Assembly: GCA_963779755.1 (NCBI GenBank)
Contig: CAVZZO010000001.1
Coordinates: 832,001-896,000 of the forward strand
Origin: an uncultured Gemmatimonadales bacterium
Lineage (GTDB): Bacteria; Gemmatimonadota; Gemmatimonadetes; Gemmatimonadales; GWC2-71-9
Length of the DNA: 64,000 nucleotides
Reading direction: 5' to 3'
The notes beneath the pieces are model-generated. The model was not told where the DNA came from and ran no database searches. It was given only the letters and a program-made list of their open reading frames with translations. Made by a program: the position numbers and the translations under genes. Each line of letters opens with the position of its first letter. Within the stretch, counting starts at the first letter, position 1. Shown here in pieces: positions 27,234-36,992 of the stretch.

Positions 27234-29011
27234 CGGCCGCCCGGCCGGATCCGGAACTCGCCGCGATGCGCCGCCGGGTATGCGGCGGCATCATGCTGGC
27301 CTCCCTGGCGGCGCTGGGCGCCGGCGCCGTGTCGGCTCACGTGTTCCGGCGCGACACCCGGCTGCTCAGCCAGGCCGCGGTGCCGGTCAGCGGCGAGCGG
27401 CTGGTGGGAGCCGATTCCATCGAGAGCGACTGGTCCATGTACGGGCGCACCTACGGGAACACCCGCTATTCCCCCCTGGACCAGGTGACTATTGCCACAC
27501 TGCCGCGCGTCCAGGTGGCCTGGTCGCGCGCGCTGCCCGGCATGGAGCATGGGCCCGGCCATGTGAAGGAGGAAAGCACGCCGCTCGCGGTCGATGGAGT
27601 CCTCTACGTGTCCGGCTCCGGGAACCGGGTCTGGGCGGTGGATGCAGCCACCGGCCTGGTACTCTGGCGCTACCAGCACCAGATGATCTCCTGGCCGCCG
27701 CTCTGCTGCGGCACGCCCAATCGCGGAGTCGCCGTCTACCAGGACAAGGTGTTTCTCGCCACGCTGGACGCGCGGCTCATCGCTCTGGACAAGCGCACCG
27801 GCCGCAAGGTATGGGAGCGGCAGATCGACGACCCCGGCCTGGGCTATTCCGAGACCATGGCGCCCCTGGTGGCCGGGGGCAAGGTGATCGTCGGTGCGAG
27901 CGGGGCGGAATTCGGCATCCGCGGCTTCGTGGATGCCTACGATGCCGCAACCGGCAGGCGGCTCTGGCGCTGGTGGACGGTTCCCTCTCCCGCCGAAGGC
28001 GGGTGGTGGGGTGCCTGGACTCCGGTGACGCCCGACGGGGACAGCCTCCCGCGCGATCTCGCCGCCGAGCATGCCGACAGCGCAAGCCATGCCGGCAGCT
28101 GGCGTCACGGCGGCGGCTCCGTCTGGGCCACTCCGGCATACGACCCCGCCACCGGCACGCTGTTCGTCGGGGTCAGTAATCCCTCACCTACGGTGGATGA
28201 CCGGGAGCGTCCGGGGGATAACCTCTACACCTGCTCGCTGGTGGCGCTCGACCTGGCCACGGGACACCTGCGCTGGTACTACCAGATGGTGCCACACGAC
28301 ATGTGGGACACCGATGCGGGAAGCCCCATCGTGCTGTTCCCGGTGCAGCTGGGCGACTCCACCATTCCGGCGCTGGCGCACGCCAGCAAGGACGGCTGGG
28401 TCTATATCCTCGACCGCCGTACGGGCCGCCTGCTGTACCGCTCCGAGCCGTTCGTGCCGCAGAAGAACATGTTCCATCGCCCCGGCCTGCACGGGGACGT
28501 GGGTTATCCCGTGGCCCACGGTGGCAATCCCTGGGCGCCGCCCGCCTGGTCTCCCGCCACCGGGTTGCTCTACGTGTTGGGCAAGCACACCCCCACCTGG
28601 TTCCGGGTGGAGCCCGACAGTTATCAGGAGGGGGAGAGCAGCGTGGGCGGTGAGCTGGCGAACGCACACAAGCTGCAGGGGCTGCATGAGTGGGGTACCA
28701 TGACCGCTATCAATCCCGCCACCGGACGGATCGTCTGGCAGGATACCACCAGCTCACCGCTCAGCTACAGTGGCGCCCTGGTGACGGCCGGCGGTCTGCT
28801 GTTCTTCGGCGACAAACACGGCCTGCACACACTGGATGCGGCCACCGGCGAGCTGCTGCGGGCGTTCCCGCTCCACGCCCGGGTCACCGGCCCGCCGATC
28901 AGTTACGCGGTGGCCGGCCACCAGTATATCGCGGTCATGACCCTGAATGGGCTCTCGGCCCTGATGGTGGGCCCCGCCAGGGGCTCGTACGCGTCACTGG
29001 CACCCGAGTGA
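27230..29011 (+). CDS. PQQ-dependent dehydrogenase, methanol/ethanol family-like, exported
   Basis: RYSPLDQ, vicinal PLCCGTPNRG, GAEFGIRG, SNPSP, GDNLYT, HDMWDTD; ATGA overlap with lhgO. Confidence 0.88.
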   Translation: MTAARPDPELAAMRRRVCGGIMLASLAALGAGAVSAHVFRRDTRLLSQAAVPVSGERLVGADSIESDWSMYGRTYGNTRYSPLDQVTIATLPRVQVAWSRALPGMEHGPGHVKEESTPLAVDGVLYVSGSGNRVWAVDAATGLVLWRYQHQMISWPPLCCGTPNRGVAVYQDKVFLATLDARLIALDKRTGRKVWERQIDDPGLGYSETMAPLVAGGKVIVGASGAEFGIRGFVDAYDAATGRRLWRWWTVPSPAEGGWWGAWTPVTPDGDSLPRDLAAEHADSASHAGSWRHGGGSVWATPAYDPATGTLFVGVSNPSPTVDDRERPGDNLYTCSLVALDLATGHLRWYYQMVPHDMWDTDAGSPIVLFPVQLGDSTIPALAHASKDGWVYILDRRTGRLLYRSEPFVPQKNMFHRPGLHGDVGYPVAHGGNPWAPPAWSPATGLLYVLGKHTPTWFRVEPDSYQEGESSVGGELANAHKLQGLHEWGTMTAINPATGRIVWQDTTSSPLSYSGALVTAGGLLFFGDKHGLHTLDAATGELLRAFPLHARVTGPPISYAVAGHQYIAVMTLNGLSALMVGPARGSYASLAPE

Positions 29012-29081
29012 CGAGCCGGGAGGGGCGCAATCTGCGGGCCGGGCACGGACCGCGCTCTCAGAACCCCCCGGGGCGCCGGGG

Positions 29082-30182
29082 TCATCGATGGCCCGCGAAG
29101 CTGACCCGCGCACCAGCGGGGCCCAGGCTGGAGCCGCGCCTGCCGGTGTCGGAAACGAAGGCCCGCGCCAGCTGAGTGGTGAACCGCGCCGCTCCCAGCG
29201 GGCTCATGTGGTGATAATCGCTGAACCAGCGCTCGTCGCACCAGGTGGCGGGATCCCCATGGGTCACGTCGATGAACCGGATATGCTCCGCCGCGGCGAA
29301 GGCGCGGAGTACCCGGAGATATCCCTGATACCGCTCCCGGCCGTCGGGCGCGTCCAGGAACCGGCCGCACTGCTCCGGCATATTGACCAGCACGTAGTCG
29401 GCCCCCTGGGAATGGGCCAGTCGCACGCTGCGCCGCAGGGCAGCGAGCCCGGTGGCGAAGTCCTCCGGGCCATAGGGGCTGTCATAGACGGGGGGTGAAC
29501 CGTCGAGCCGTCCCCGGGCCACCGCCTGGCGCAGGGTCAGCTCGGTTGCCCCGTACCCGCGGCGATCCACCGGGAAGTCGTGCACCCGGTCGGCGGGCGA
29601 CCAGCCGCTCACCAGCCACTCCGTGACGGTCCCCTGGTAATACAGCAGCCTGGTATGCCCGATGAGCTGGGCGACCGTGCCCGAGAGCAGGCCGTGCGAG
29701 ATCCAGCGTTTCTCCAGGTGGCCCGACTTGAACCGGTACCAGTTCTCGGCGGTGACGTCGGAGTGCATCTCCTCGTAGCGGACCGCTTGCACGATCAGGT
29801 CCGGGTGGACGTGGGGAAACCAGAAGTGCTGCAGGTAGAGGCGGACCGGGTCGGGAACCAGGGCCGACATGCCTCCATTGAAGCTTACCAGGCGGACCCC
29901 GGTCCGGGAGCGCATCAGCGAGTCGAAGCGAAGCGGCTGGATGTTGGTCCGCACCACCGAGCTGCCCACAAACAGAACATCGACGTGGTGGCGGCGGGCC
30001 AGCAGCGTGTCCAGCACCTGCAGCCGGGTCTCGACCCCGATGTCATAGTAGGGGTCCGGCTCGGGCAGGTGGTTCTCCACGGTCGGGCTCCGCAGCGACA
30101 GCTCCGCCAGCAGCAAGAGCGCCAGCGGCAGCAGCAGGACGGGCGAGCCCCAGTGTATGCGAAAGCGGCGGGTGGTGGTCAC
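29082..30182 (-). CDS. SGNH/GDSL-like membrane-anchored protein (partner of MBOAT O-acyltransferase)
   Basis: N-terminal TM, LFVGSS block I, FSDYHHM (DxxH) block V. Confidence 0.75.
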   Translation of the reverse strand: MTTTRRFRIHWGSPVLLLPLALLLLAELSLRSPTVENHLPEPDPYYDIGVETRLQVLDTLLARRHHVDVLFVGSSVVRTNIQPLRFDSLMRSRTGVRLVSFNGGMSALVPDPVRLYLQHFWFPHVHPDLIVQAVRYEEMHSDVTAENWYRFKSGHLEKRWISHGLLSGTVAQLIGHTRLLYYQGTVTEWLVSGWSPADRVHDFPVDRRGYGATELTLRQAVARGRLDGSPPVYDSPYGPEDFATGLAALRRSVRLAHSQGADYVLVNMPEQCGRFLDAPDGRERYQGYLRVLRAFAAAEHIRFIDVTHGDPATWCDERWFSDYHHMSPLGAARFTTQLARAFVSDTGRRGSSLGPAGARVSFAGHR

Positions 30183-30188
30183 GCGGCC

Positions 30189-31628
30189 TCAGAACTGGAA
30201 GTAGATGAAGGGGACGGCCGCGCTGCCGCTCAGCGCGATCAGCAGCACGGCGGTACCCGCCAGTGCCGCCCGGCGCCACTCGCCCATGTGCAGGAAGCAG
30301 TACTCGTCGTCCGTAATCGCCTGGGGCAGGTCGATGGCCAGGGTGAGCCCGGTGAGCAGTCCCAGCGCCAGGAAACCGCGCCAGGCGTCGAGCGGCGGAT
30401 GCAGCCACCCGGAGAGGGAGGCCAGGCCCGTGAGGTAGGCGCTGGTGGTGGCCATATCGTGCGAGCGGAAGAAGAGCCAGGTGAAGACCACCAGCAGCAG
30501 CGTGACGGCGATTCCCGCCGCCGTGCCGATCCGGGATGTGCGCGCCGGCTCCGTCCGGTTCCAGAACGGGATCCGCCGCCGCAGCGCCTGATACCCCGCC
30601 AGGTAGAGCCCGTGCAGCCCGCCCCAGAGCACGAAGTTCCAGCTGGCGCCGTGCCACAGCCCGCCCAGCAGCATAGTGAGCATCAGGTTGATGTAGGTCC
30701 GCCGCCGGCCTTTCCGGTTCCCTCCCAGCGGGATATACAGGTAATCGCGCAGCCAGGTGGACAGCGAGATATGCCAGCGGCGCCAGAAGTCGGACACGTT
30801 CCGGGCAAAGTAGGGGTGCCGGAAGTTCCGCATCAGGTCGAACCCGAGCAGCTGCGCCGATCCGCGGGCGATGTTGCTGTAGCCCGAGAAATCGCCGTAG
30901 ATCTGCAGCGCGTAGAAGAACAGGCCCGCCGCCAGCTGCGGCGAGGTCATCAGCCCCGGGTGGGCAAAGGTCCGGTCGGCGAAGACCGCCGCGGTATCGG
31001 CGATGACCATCTTCCGCACCAGGCCGATCAGAATGAGGTACAACCCCCGTCGCCAGCGTTCCTGATCCACCACCCGCGGCTGCTCGATCTGGGGCAGGAG
31101 GTTGGTGGCCCGCTCGATCGGCCCCGCCACCAGTTGGGGGAAGAAGGCCACGTAGAGCGCAAAATCATCCAGCCGGCGCACCGGCTTCAGGGTCCCCCGG
31201 TAGACGTCGATGGTATACGACAGCGTCTGGAAGGTGTAGAACGAGATGCCCACCGGCAGCACGATATGCAGCAGGGGCCAGCTGGCGGTAAGGCCAACCC
31301 TTCCGAGCAGGGCCTCAGCCGAAGCGGTGAAGAAGTTGAAGTACTTGAAGAAGCCCAGGATGCCGAGATTGGCGGTGAGGCTGAGCCCCATGGCGGCCCG
31401 CATGCCCCGACGGTCGCCCCGCTCGCGCGAGCGCTCGATCCAGTGCGAGGCGGCGTAGTCCACCAGGGTGGAGATCCAGAGCAGGGCGAGGAACCGGTAG
31501 TCCCAGGCGCCGTAGAAGACGTAGCTGGCCAGCAGCAGGAAGATGTTCTGCGACCGCAGGCCCATGCGATAGTAGATCAGCAGGACCAGCGCCAGGAAGA
31601 CGGCGTATTCCGGAGTATTGAAGAGCAC
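30189..31628 (-). CDS. MBOAT family O-acyltransferase (AlgI/PatA-like)
   Basis: LPVGISFYTFQ, FFPQLVAGPI, QIYGDFSGYS, FWRRWHISLS, GLWHGA, FIYFQF terminus. Confidence 0.95.
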   Translation of the reverse strand: MLFNTPEYAVFLALVLLIYYRMGLRSQNIFLLLASYVFYGAWDYRFLALLWISTLVDYAASHWIERSRERGDRRGMRAAMGLSLTANLGILGFFKYFNFFTASAEALLGRVGLTASWPLLHIVLPVGISFYTFQTLSYTIDVYRGTLKPVRRLDDFALYVAFFPQLVAGPIERATNLLPQIEQPRVVDQERWRRGLYLILIGLVRKMVIADTAAVFADRTFAHPGLMTSPQLAAGLFFYALQIYGDFSGYSNIARGSAQLLGFDLMRNFRHPYFARNVSDFWRRWHISLSTWLRDYLYIPLGGNRKGRRRTYINLMLTMLLGGLWHGASWNFVLWGGLHGLYLAGYQALRRRIPFWNRTEPARTSRIGTAAGIAVTLLLVVFTWLFFRSHDMATTSAYLTGLASLSGWLHPPLDAWRGFLALGLLTGLTLAIDLPQAITDDEYCFLHMGEWRRAALAGTAVLLIALSGSAAVPFIYFQF

Positions 31629-31630
31629 GG

Positions 31631-32731
31631 CTACTCCTCCGGCGCCGCGGGATCGAAAAAGGTGAACCGATCGTCGCGCTTCACCAGCGCCTCGAACACC
31701 CGGGCCACACGGCGCGGATAGAGCGCGCGGAAACCACCCCGGTCGCTCCGGATGACCCAGAACCGGGTGGCGGGCTGGTCGAACAGTGCCAGGTTGAGCA
31801 GCGCGCTGGAGCGGAACGACACGATGTTGCCGTACGGGCGGCGCAGGCAGTCGAGTTCCAGCGGCTCGTCCTGCTCCAGCGGCTCGTAGCCCATGGCCCG
31901 GATGCGCTCCCGCTTCTCCGGCGAGTCCAGCGGATGGAACTTGATGCGGATGCTGCTGGGGCGGAACCGGCGGGCCAGCGCCTTGCGTACGCCGGCGACC
32001 ATGCCCAGCTCCTCTGCCAGCGTCACGTGGCCCGCCTCGCTGAAGTTGCCGCTCACGTAGAGCCACTCGACCGGTCCGCCGTTCCCGTTGCCGCCGTTCT
32101 CGTTGCCGCCGTGCCCCGCCAGGGTCGACGCTACGCACCGGTACGCATCGGCCGTCGGCAGCACGTCGACGTCGGTTCGCTGCAGCAGCCAGGGATGGTT
32201 GCAGGCGACCCGCCGGATGCTCCGGTTCCGGGAATAGTCCCGGAACCGCAGCTGCAGCGACGGCCGGCGCAGGAGCCGCAGGTTCACCAGCGCCTTTTCC
32301 AGATAGCGCCGGGTGCCGATGTAGAGCCCGAGTCCCTCTTCGTAGAGCACCACGTTGCGCCAGCGGGCACGGGTCTCCTGCAGCACCAGGCGGAAGAAGA
32401 TCTGGTTGTCGTTGCCGGCGTAGATATCCGTGGTGCGGGGCGGCGTCTTGCCCAGCACTCGCCGGATGCAGGCCCGGGCCGGACGCAGCTCATCGATCCC
32501 CCCCGGCAGCCAGGGCTTGAGCCGGCGGAACCCGGCGCAATCGTCCGGTTCGATTCCCCCGGCCAGGACCAGCCGGTCGAGCGTATCCAGCGGCCGGTCG
32601 CCGTGCCAGAGCACCCGCACCTCCGGATAGCGCGGACGGATCAGCCGGGCCACCGCCTGGGCCATCACCAGCTGGTGATAGGTGCCGCAGAGCACGACGG
32701 CCCGCGTGGCGCGCTCGGTCCGGCGGCTCAC
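31631..32731 (-). CDS. Bacterial sialyltransferase-like glycosyltransferase
   Basis: TYHQL, YEEG (D/E-D/E-G), KFHP (HP) and SSAL motifs of CMP-nonulosonate transferases; GTGA overlap. Confidence 0.75.
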   Translation of the reverse strand: MSRRTERATRAVVLCGTYHQLVMAQAVARLIRPRYPEVRVLWHGDRPLDTLDRLVLAGGIEPDDCAGFRRLKPWLPGGIDELRPARACIRRVLGKTPPRTTDIYAGNDNQIFFRLVLQETRARWRNVVLYEEGLGLYIGTRRYLEKALVNLRLLRRPSLQLRFRDYSRNRSIRRVACNHPWLLQRTDVDVLPTADAYRCVASTLAGHGGNENGGNGNGGPVEWLYVSGNFSEAGHVTLAEELGMVAGVRKALARRFRPSSIRIKFHPLDSPEKRERIRAMGYEPLEQDEPLELDCLRRPYGNIVSFRSSALLNLALFDQPATRFWVIRSDRGGFRALYPRRVARVFEALVKRDDRFTFFDPAAPEE

Positions 32732-34062
32732 GAGCTCACCGCCCCGGCCGCCGGCGCGACCGGCGCCGGTGCACGCCGGAGAATGCGGTGGGTGGCGCTC
32801 CAGAGCATCGCGACGTACACCATCTGGGTGATGAGCGTCGCGCCCGCCACGCCGGTAATGCCGTAGCCCGCGCGCAGGGCGAGCCAGTTGAGCACGAAAT
32901 CCAGCGCGAGGGCGCATACCTGCAGGCCCAGGTAAAGGCGCTGCCGGTTCACCGTATTGAGGAAGTTCCCGAACGTCCCCATGAACGAGAGGAAGAACAC
33001 CGCTACCAGGGTGAGCCGGAACGCCGGGATGCCCGGGGTGTACTGCGGCAGGAACCAGGCGATGAGCGGCGGGCCGGCCAACCACGCCAGCAGCAGCAGC
33101 GGCGTCATGACCGCAAAGAGCAGCCCCACCGGCCGGTAGACCAGCCGGCGCAGCGACGCCGCCGTGCCGGTGCGGCCGTACTCCCGGGCCATCCGGGGGT
33201 AGATCATCTGGGAGACGCTGCGGGGGATCAGCATCATGGTGCCGTAGGCCATGAACGCGAGACTGTAGAAGCCCAGCGCCTCCTTGCCCAGGAACCCGAT
33301 CACCATGAACCGGTCGAGGCTGGTCAGCATGCCGTAGGCGAACCCCACGGCCATGATGGGAAAGCCGATCTGCGCCAGGTCCACCATGCGGCGCCAGTCC
33401 CAGCGCAGCCGCGGCCGCACCGGCGCCAGCCGCATCAGCACCAGCGCTACGATGCCGTAGGTGGCGATCTGCCCCCAGAGAAAGCCCCGGAACCCGCCCA
33501 GGATGGTGAGCCCGATGACCACGGTGAGCAGCAGGAACGAGAGCAGGCCCTGCTCCAGCGCGATGGCCCGGAAGCGGGTATGCGAGCGCAGGACCAGCTC
33601 GTAGAAGACCTGGACCTGCTGCAGCAGGATGAGCAGCGCCAGCAGCCGCAGGCCCGCCGCTTCGGCGGGATCCCACGAGCCCGCCAGGCTCGCCGCCAGG
33701 CAGGCCGCCGCCAGCAGTCCCGAGCTGATGAGCGCAGTCGTGAAGCTCACATCGATGATGGCGCGGTTCTCCGCCTCTTCCCCCCGGCCGTGGTTGTAGG
33801 GGATCTCGCGGTTCATGGCGTTGAGCACCCCCAGGTGCCCGTAGCTCACCCCGTTGCTCAGAATCAGCAGCAAACCGTTCCACAGGCCGTAGAGCGTCGG
33901 CCCCAGCAGGCGCGCCACGACCAGGTAAGCGGCGAATCGCGCGCCCTGGTAGAGCACGTTGCCGCTCATGAAAGCGGCGGCGTCCACCGCCGTTTCCCGC
34001 GCGATGGACGCTCGCCGGAGACCGGCCCGGCCCAGGTCCTGTAACCAGCCGATGGCGCTCAT
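32728..34062 (-). CDS. Wzx-type oligosaccharide flippase
   Basis: ARLLGP..YG, LDRFMV..LG..LGFYS, ~12 TM segments. Confidence 0.88.
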   Translation of the reverse strand: MSAIGWLQDLGRAGLRRASIARETAVDAAAFMSGNVLYQGARFAAYLVVARLLGPTLYGLWNGLLLILSNGVSYGHLGVLNAMNREIPYNHGRGEEAENRAIIDVSFTTALISSGLLAAACLAASLAGSWDPAEAAGLRLLALLILLQQVQVFYELVLRSHTRFRAIALEQGLLSFLLLTVVIGLTILGGFRGFLWGQIATYGIVALVLMRLAPVRPRLRWDWRRMVDLAQIGFPIMAVGFAYGMLTSLDRFMVIGFLGKEALGFYSLAFMAYGTMMLIPRSVSQMIYPRMAREYGRTGTAASLRRLVYRPVGLLFAVMTPLLLLAWLAGPPLIAWFLPQYTPGIPAFRLTLVAVFFLSFMGTFGNFLNTVNRQRLYLGLQVCALALDFVLNWLALRAGYGITGVAGATLITQMVYVAMLWSATHRILRRAPAPVAPAAGAVSS

Positions 34063-34922
34063 GGCCCGTGCGGCGGAGGCACCACGTGGCGGGCCGGCTC
34101 CAGAAAGGCGAAGACGGTACACTTGCCGCTGGGCTCGTGCAGCCGCCCCAGCTCCAGTACCTCGAGCCGGGCGAGGCTCGCCAGCCGGCGCACCGCCTCC
34201 GGGTGATACACGGCGCAATGTTCGGCGAAGAATTCCTGCCGGTGGGTAAGGTCCCCGTGCTCCCGGGCCAGATCGCCGTCGGGCAGCTCGACATAGAGGA
34301 AGCCCCCCGGCGCCAGCAGGCGGCGGCCCTGCTCCAGCAACCGCAGCGGATCGGGGACGTGCTCCAGTACCTTGTTGAAGGCGACCACGTCGAAGCGGTG
34401 CGTATCGGGAAAGGTGTCCAGCGTGCCGGCGTGGCCCCATTCGACACCGGCGTGCTCCCGCGCATGCCGCACCGCTGCGGGGTCGGGATCGACGCAGACG
34501 CAGCGGCAGCCGTGCCGGCCCAGCTCCGCCAGGAAGACGCACAGGCCGCTTCCCACGTCCAGCACATCGGCCTCGGCCGGATCCAGTTCCCGCCGGCGCA
34601 TGAAGGCGAGCACCCGCGCCACCCGCCGCCGGTTGTCCGACTGGTCGTCCGGCAGCGAAAGGATGCGGGTGAACGGCGTGAGAAAGTCCCGCTGCCAGCT
34701 GGCCTGGTTATAGTCGCCGGTGTAGTAATCCGGGGAGAGCAGGGCATGCGCGTTCAGGTAGAGACCGCACTCCCGGCACTGGTAGATGGATCGCCGGTAC
34801 TGGCCCGGGGCCACGCCGTAGTCCTTCTCTCCGGCCGGCGGGCGGTCCAGCGAGGCGAGTAGCGCGGGATCACCGGCGCCGCAGAGCGGGCAGCGGGGTG
34901 GGGCGGCAACCGGTGCGGTCAT
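34059..34922 (-). CDS. Class I SAM-dependent methyltransferase with N-terminal Zn motif
   Basis: CPLC...CRECG, VLDVGSG, VLEHVPDP, LAPGG..YVELP. Confidence 0.88.
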   Translation of the reverse strand: MTAPVAAPPRCPLCGAGDPALLASLDRPPAGEKDYGVAPGQYRRSIYQCRECGLYLNAHALLSPDYYTGDYNQASWQRDFLTPFTRILSLPDDQSDNRRRVARVLAFMRRRELDPAEADVLDVGSGLCVFLAELGRHGCRCVCVDPDPAAVRHAREHAGVEWGHAGTLDTFPDTHRFDVVAFNKVLEHVPDPLRLLEQGRRLLAPGGFLYVELPDGDLAREHGDLTHRQEFFAEHCAVYHPEAVRRLASLARLEVLELGRLHEPSGKCTVFAFLEPARHVVPPPHGP

Positions 34923-35950
34923 GGGATGGCTCCCTCCGCTGCCGGGGCCAGGTCCTCCAGCCGGATGGGGCGCCCCCGGGCGACGGCGTGGCGCAGGGTC
35001 CGGCCCAGCAACTCGTCCTCCCGGCCGGGCGCGAGCCCGGTGCGCGGGCGCAGCCAGTCGAGATCCTCCCAGGCCACGCGCGCGCCCGCGGGTAGGTCGT
35101 GCCGCGCCACGATCGAGCGGCGTGCGGCCCCGGCCGCGGCGGCCTCCGCCGGCTGGACCCGCTTTCCCTCCTGGCCCAGCATCTGTTCCGCCTCCCGCAC
35201 CCGGCGCACCAGTTCCGCCAGCTCCGGCGGGTCGGCCGAGAGCTGGTGGTCGCGGAAACCGGACTGCTGCTTGTTCAGCGTGAAATGCTTTTCGATGATG
35301 CGGGCCCCCAGCGCTACCGCCAGCGGCGCCGCGGCCGGTCCGATGGTATGGTCGGAATAGCCCACCGTCTCCCCCAGGGAGGCCAGCGCCGGGATTCCCC
35401 GCAGGCTCGCCGCCTCGGGCGGGGTAGGATAGCTCACCACGCAGTGGAGCAGCGCCAGTTCCCCCCGCCGTCCCAGCTCCCGCCAGGTCTGGCGCAACGT
35501 GTCGCGCGAGCGGCGAATCAGATCCAGATCGGCCAGGCCGGCCGAGAGGAGGACCGGCTTCCCGGTGGCCGCCACGGCCCGCAGGAGCGGAAAGAAGTCG
35601 TTGTCGCCCGAGGCGATCTTGAAGGCGGGCACCAGCCGGTCCAGCCAGGCCACACTGTCGATGTCGAAAGGGGTGGAGAGGAAGAGCACGCCGGCCTCCG
35701 CGGCGGCGCGGCTCAGGCGCTCGAAGTCTTCCGGCGAGAGACGGAAGCGCTCCAGCTGGCGCAGCCGGTCGGTCTGGTCGGGCGCGACCAGGCGCTCGGG
35801 GACGATGGTCTGGAACTTCACGGCGTCGGCCCCCGCCTCGGCTGCCCGGCCGATCATCTCCCGCGCCAGCCGCACGTCTCCCTCGTGATTGTTACCGATC
35901 TCGGCCACAATCAGTACCCGCCGGCTGGTGTCGAACTCTCCGATCCTGAT
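34919..35950 (-). CDS. neuB: N-acetylneuraminate/nonulosonate synthase family (NeuB/SpsE) with SAF domain; probable ATC start
   Basis: AEIGNNHEG, GADAVKFQ, STPFD, KIASGD, LHCVVSYP, GYSDHT, IEKHFT, ARRSIVA. Confidence 0.92.
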   Translation of the reverse strand: MRIGEFDTSRRVLIVAEIGNNHEGDVRLAREMIGRAAEAGADAVKFQTIVPERLVAPDQTDRLRQLERFRLSPEDFERLSRAAAEAGVLFLSTPFDIDSVAWLDRLVPAFKIASGDNDFFPLLRAVAATGKPVLLSAGLADLDLIRRSRDTLRQTWRELGRRGELALLHCVVSYPTPPEAASLRGIPALASLGETVGYSDHTIGPAAAPLAVALGARIIEKHFTLNKQQSGFRDHQLSADPPELAELVRRVREAEQMLGQEGKRVQPAEAAAAGAARRSIVARHDLPAGARVAWEDLDWLRPRTGLAPGREDELLGRTLRHAVARGRPIRLEDLAPAAEGAIP

Positions 35951-35966
35951 GGCCTGCTCCTTTCAA

Positions 35967-36992
35967 TTACCGTTCGAGGGTGACCCGGCCTTCCTGGTCG
36001 ATGGACACCCGGCCCACCTGGCGCGCCGGGTTGCCCTGCATCACGCTGTAGGGCGCCACATCGGAGGTCACCACCGTGTTGGCGCCGATGAGGCAATGGT
36101 CCCCGATGGTGACCCCCTTGGTGACGACGGCGTTGGCGCCGAGGAAGCAGCAGTGCCCGACGCGGGTGGGCGAATGGGTGATGGAGGCGCGATGGCCGCT
36201 CAGCGCCCGGGCAATGGTGTCGTGGCTGTAGATGTGCACCCCGGCGGCGATGCTGCAATAATCACCGATCTCCAGCCCACCGCTCCCATCCAGCACCGTG
36301 AACGGCCCGATGAACGTCTGCCGGCCCACCCTGACGTCGCCGAAGACGTAGGAGAGATGGGAGATATTGCTGCCCGCGCCGAACCCGAGACGCTCGGCCG
36401 CGGCCCAGCGGTCGAAGAGAATGTCCGGTGTGGGGATGGTCCGGTGCCAGCGCCGGCTGTAGGTCTCCTGTAGCCAGGCGAGGGCCTGCTTCAGGCCGGC
36501 GGCCTCGCCCGCACCCGCCCCGCCGGGGTTGTCGTCGCGCATGATGGCATGCAGCGCCTCCCAGTCCGGGTCCGGCACTTCTTCCTCATGCCGCTCCCGC
36601 CGCAACCACTCCTCCACTTCGGCTGCCCGGAGGACTCCCCGCTGCCGGATCCGGGTGGCCTCGAGGCCGTGCCGGTCCAGCAGCTCCTGCGCCTTGCGGG
36701 TCGGAGTCACCTCGGCGCTGACGGCGCTGCCAGCATCCGGCAGCGCCGCCGGATCGATCGGCTTGGCATCCAGGAACCCGATGACCTGGCCCACGCTCAC
36801 CCGGTCGCCGGGGCCCACCACCATCCAGACATGGCCCTCCTCCTCCGCATCGAGCGAGAAGGTGGCCTTGGTGGACTGCAGCAGGCAGAGGGTTTCGCCC
36901 GCGCTGCAGCGCACGTTGTTCCGGGCCCGGATCTCCACCACCTCGACCACGTCTTCGTTGGCGGTGATGCGGGGAACGGCCAGCGGTCTCAT
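35967..36992 (-). CDS. Lipoyl domain - peripheral subunit-binding domain - hexapeptide (LbH) acyltransferase fusion
   Basis: LQSTKATFSLDAEEEG...GDRVSVGQVIG; PTRKAQELLDRHGL...LRAAEVEEWL; IGDYCSI..YSHD..VTIGDHCLIGANTVVTSDV..GNPAR. Confidence 0.85.
   Translation of the reverse strand: MRPLAVPRITANEDVVEVVEIRARNNVRCSAGETLCLLQSTKATFSLDAEEEGHVWMVVGPGDRVSVGQVIGFLDAKPIDPAALPDAGSAVSAEVTPTRKAQELLDRHGLEATRIRQRGVLRAAEVEEWLRRERHEEEVPDPDWEALHAIMRDDNPGGAGAGEAAGLKQALAWLQETYSRRWHRTIPTPDILFDRWAAAERLGFGAGSNISHLSYVFGDVRVGRQTFIGPFTVLDGSGGLEIGDYCSIAAGVHIYSHDTIARALSGHRASITHSPTRVGHCCFLGANAVVTKGVTIGDHCLIGANTVVTSDVAPYSVMQGNPARQVGRVSIDQEGRVTLER

Noticed and set aside
29580..31721. Long plus-strand ORFs antisense to real genes (e.g. 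713 aa here, 38149-39993, 22250-23860, 23875-25476, 8311-9390)
   Set aside because: Typical antisense shadows of GC-biased codon usage, with no motifs
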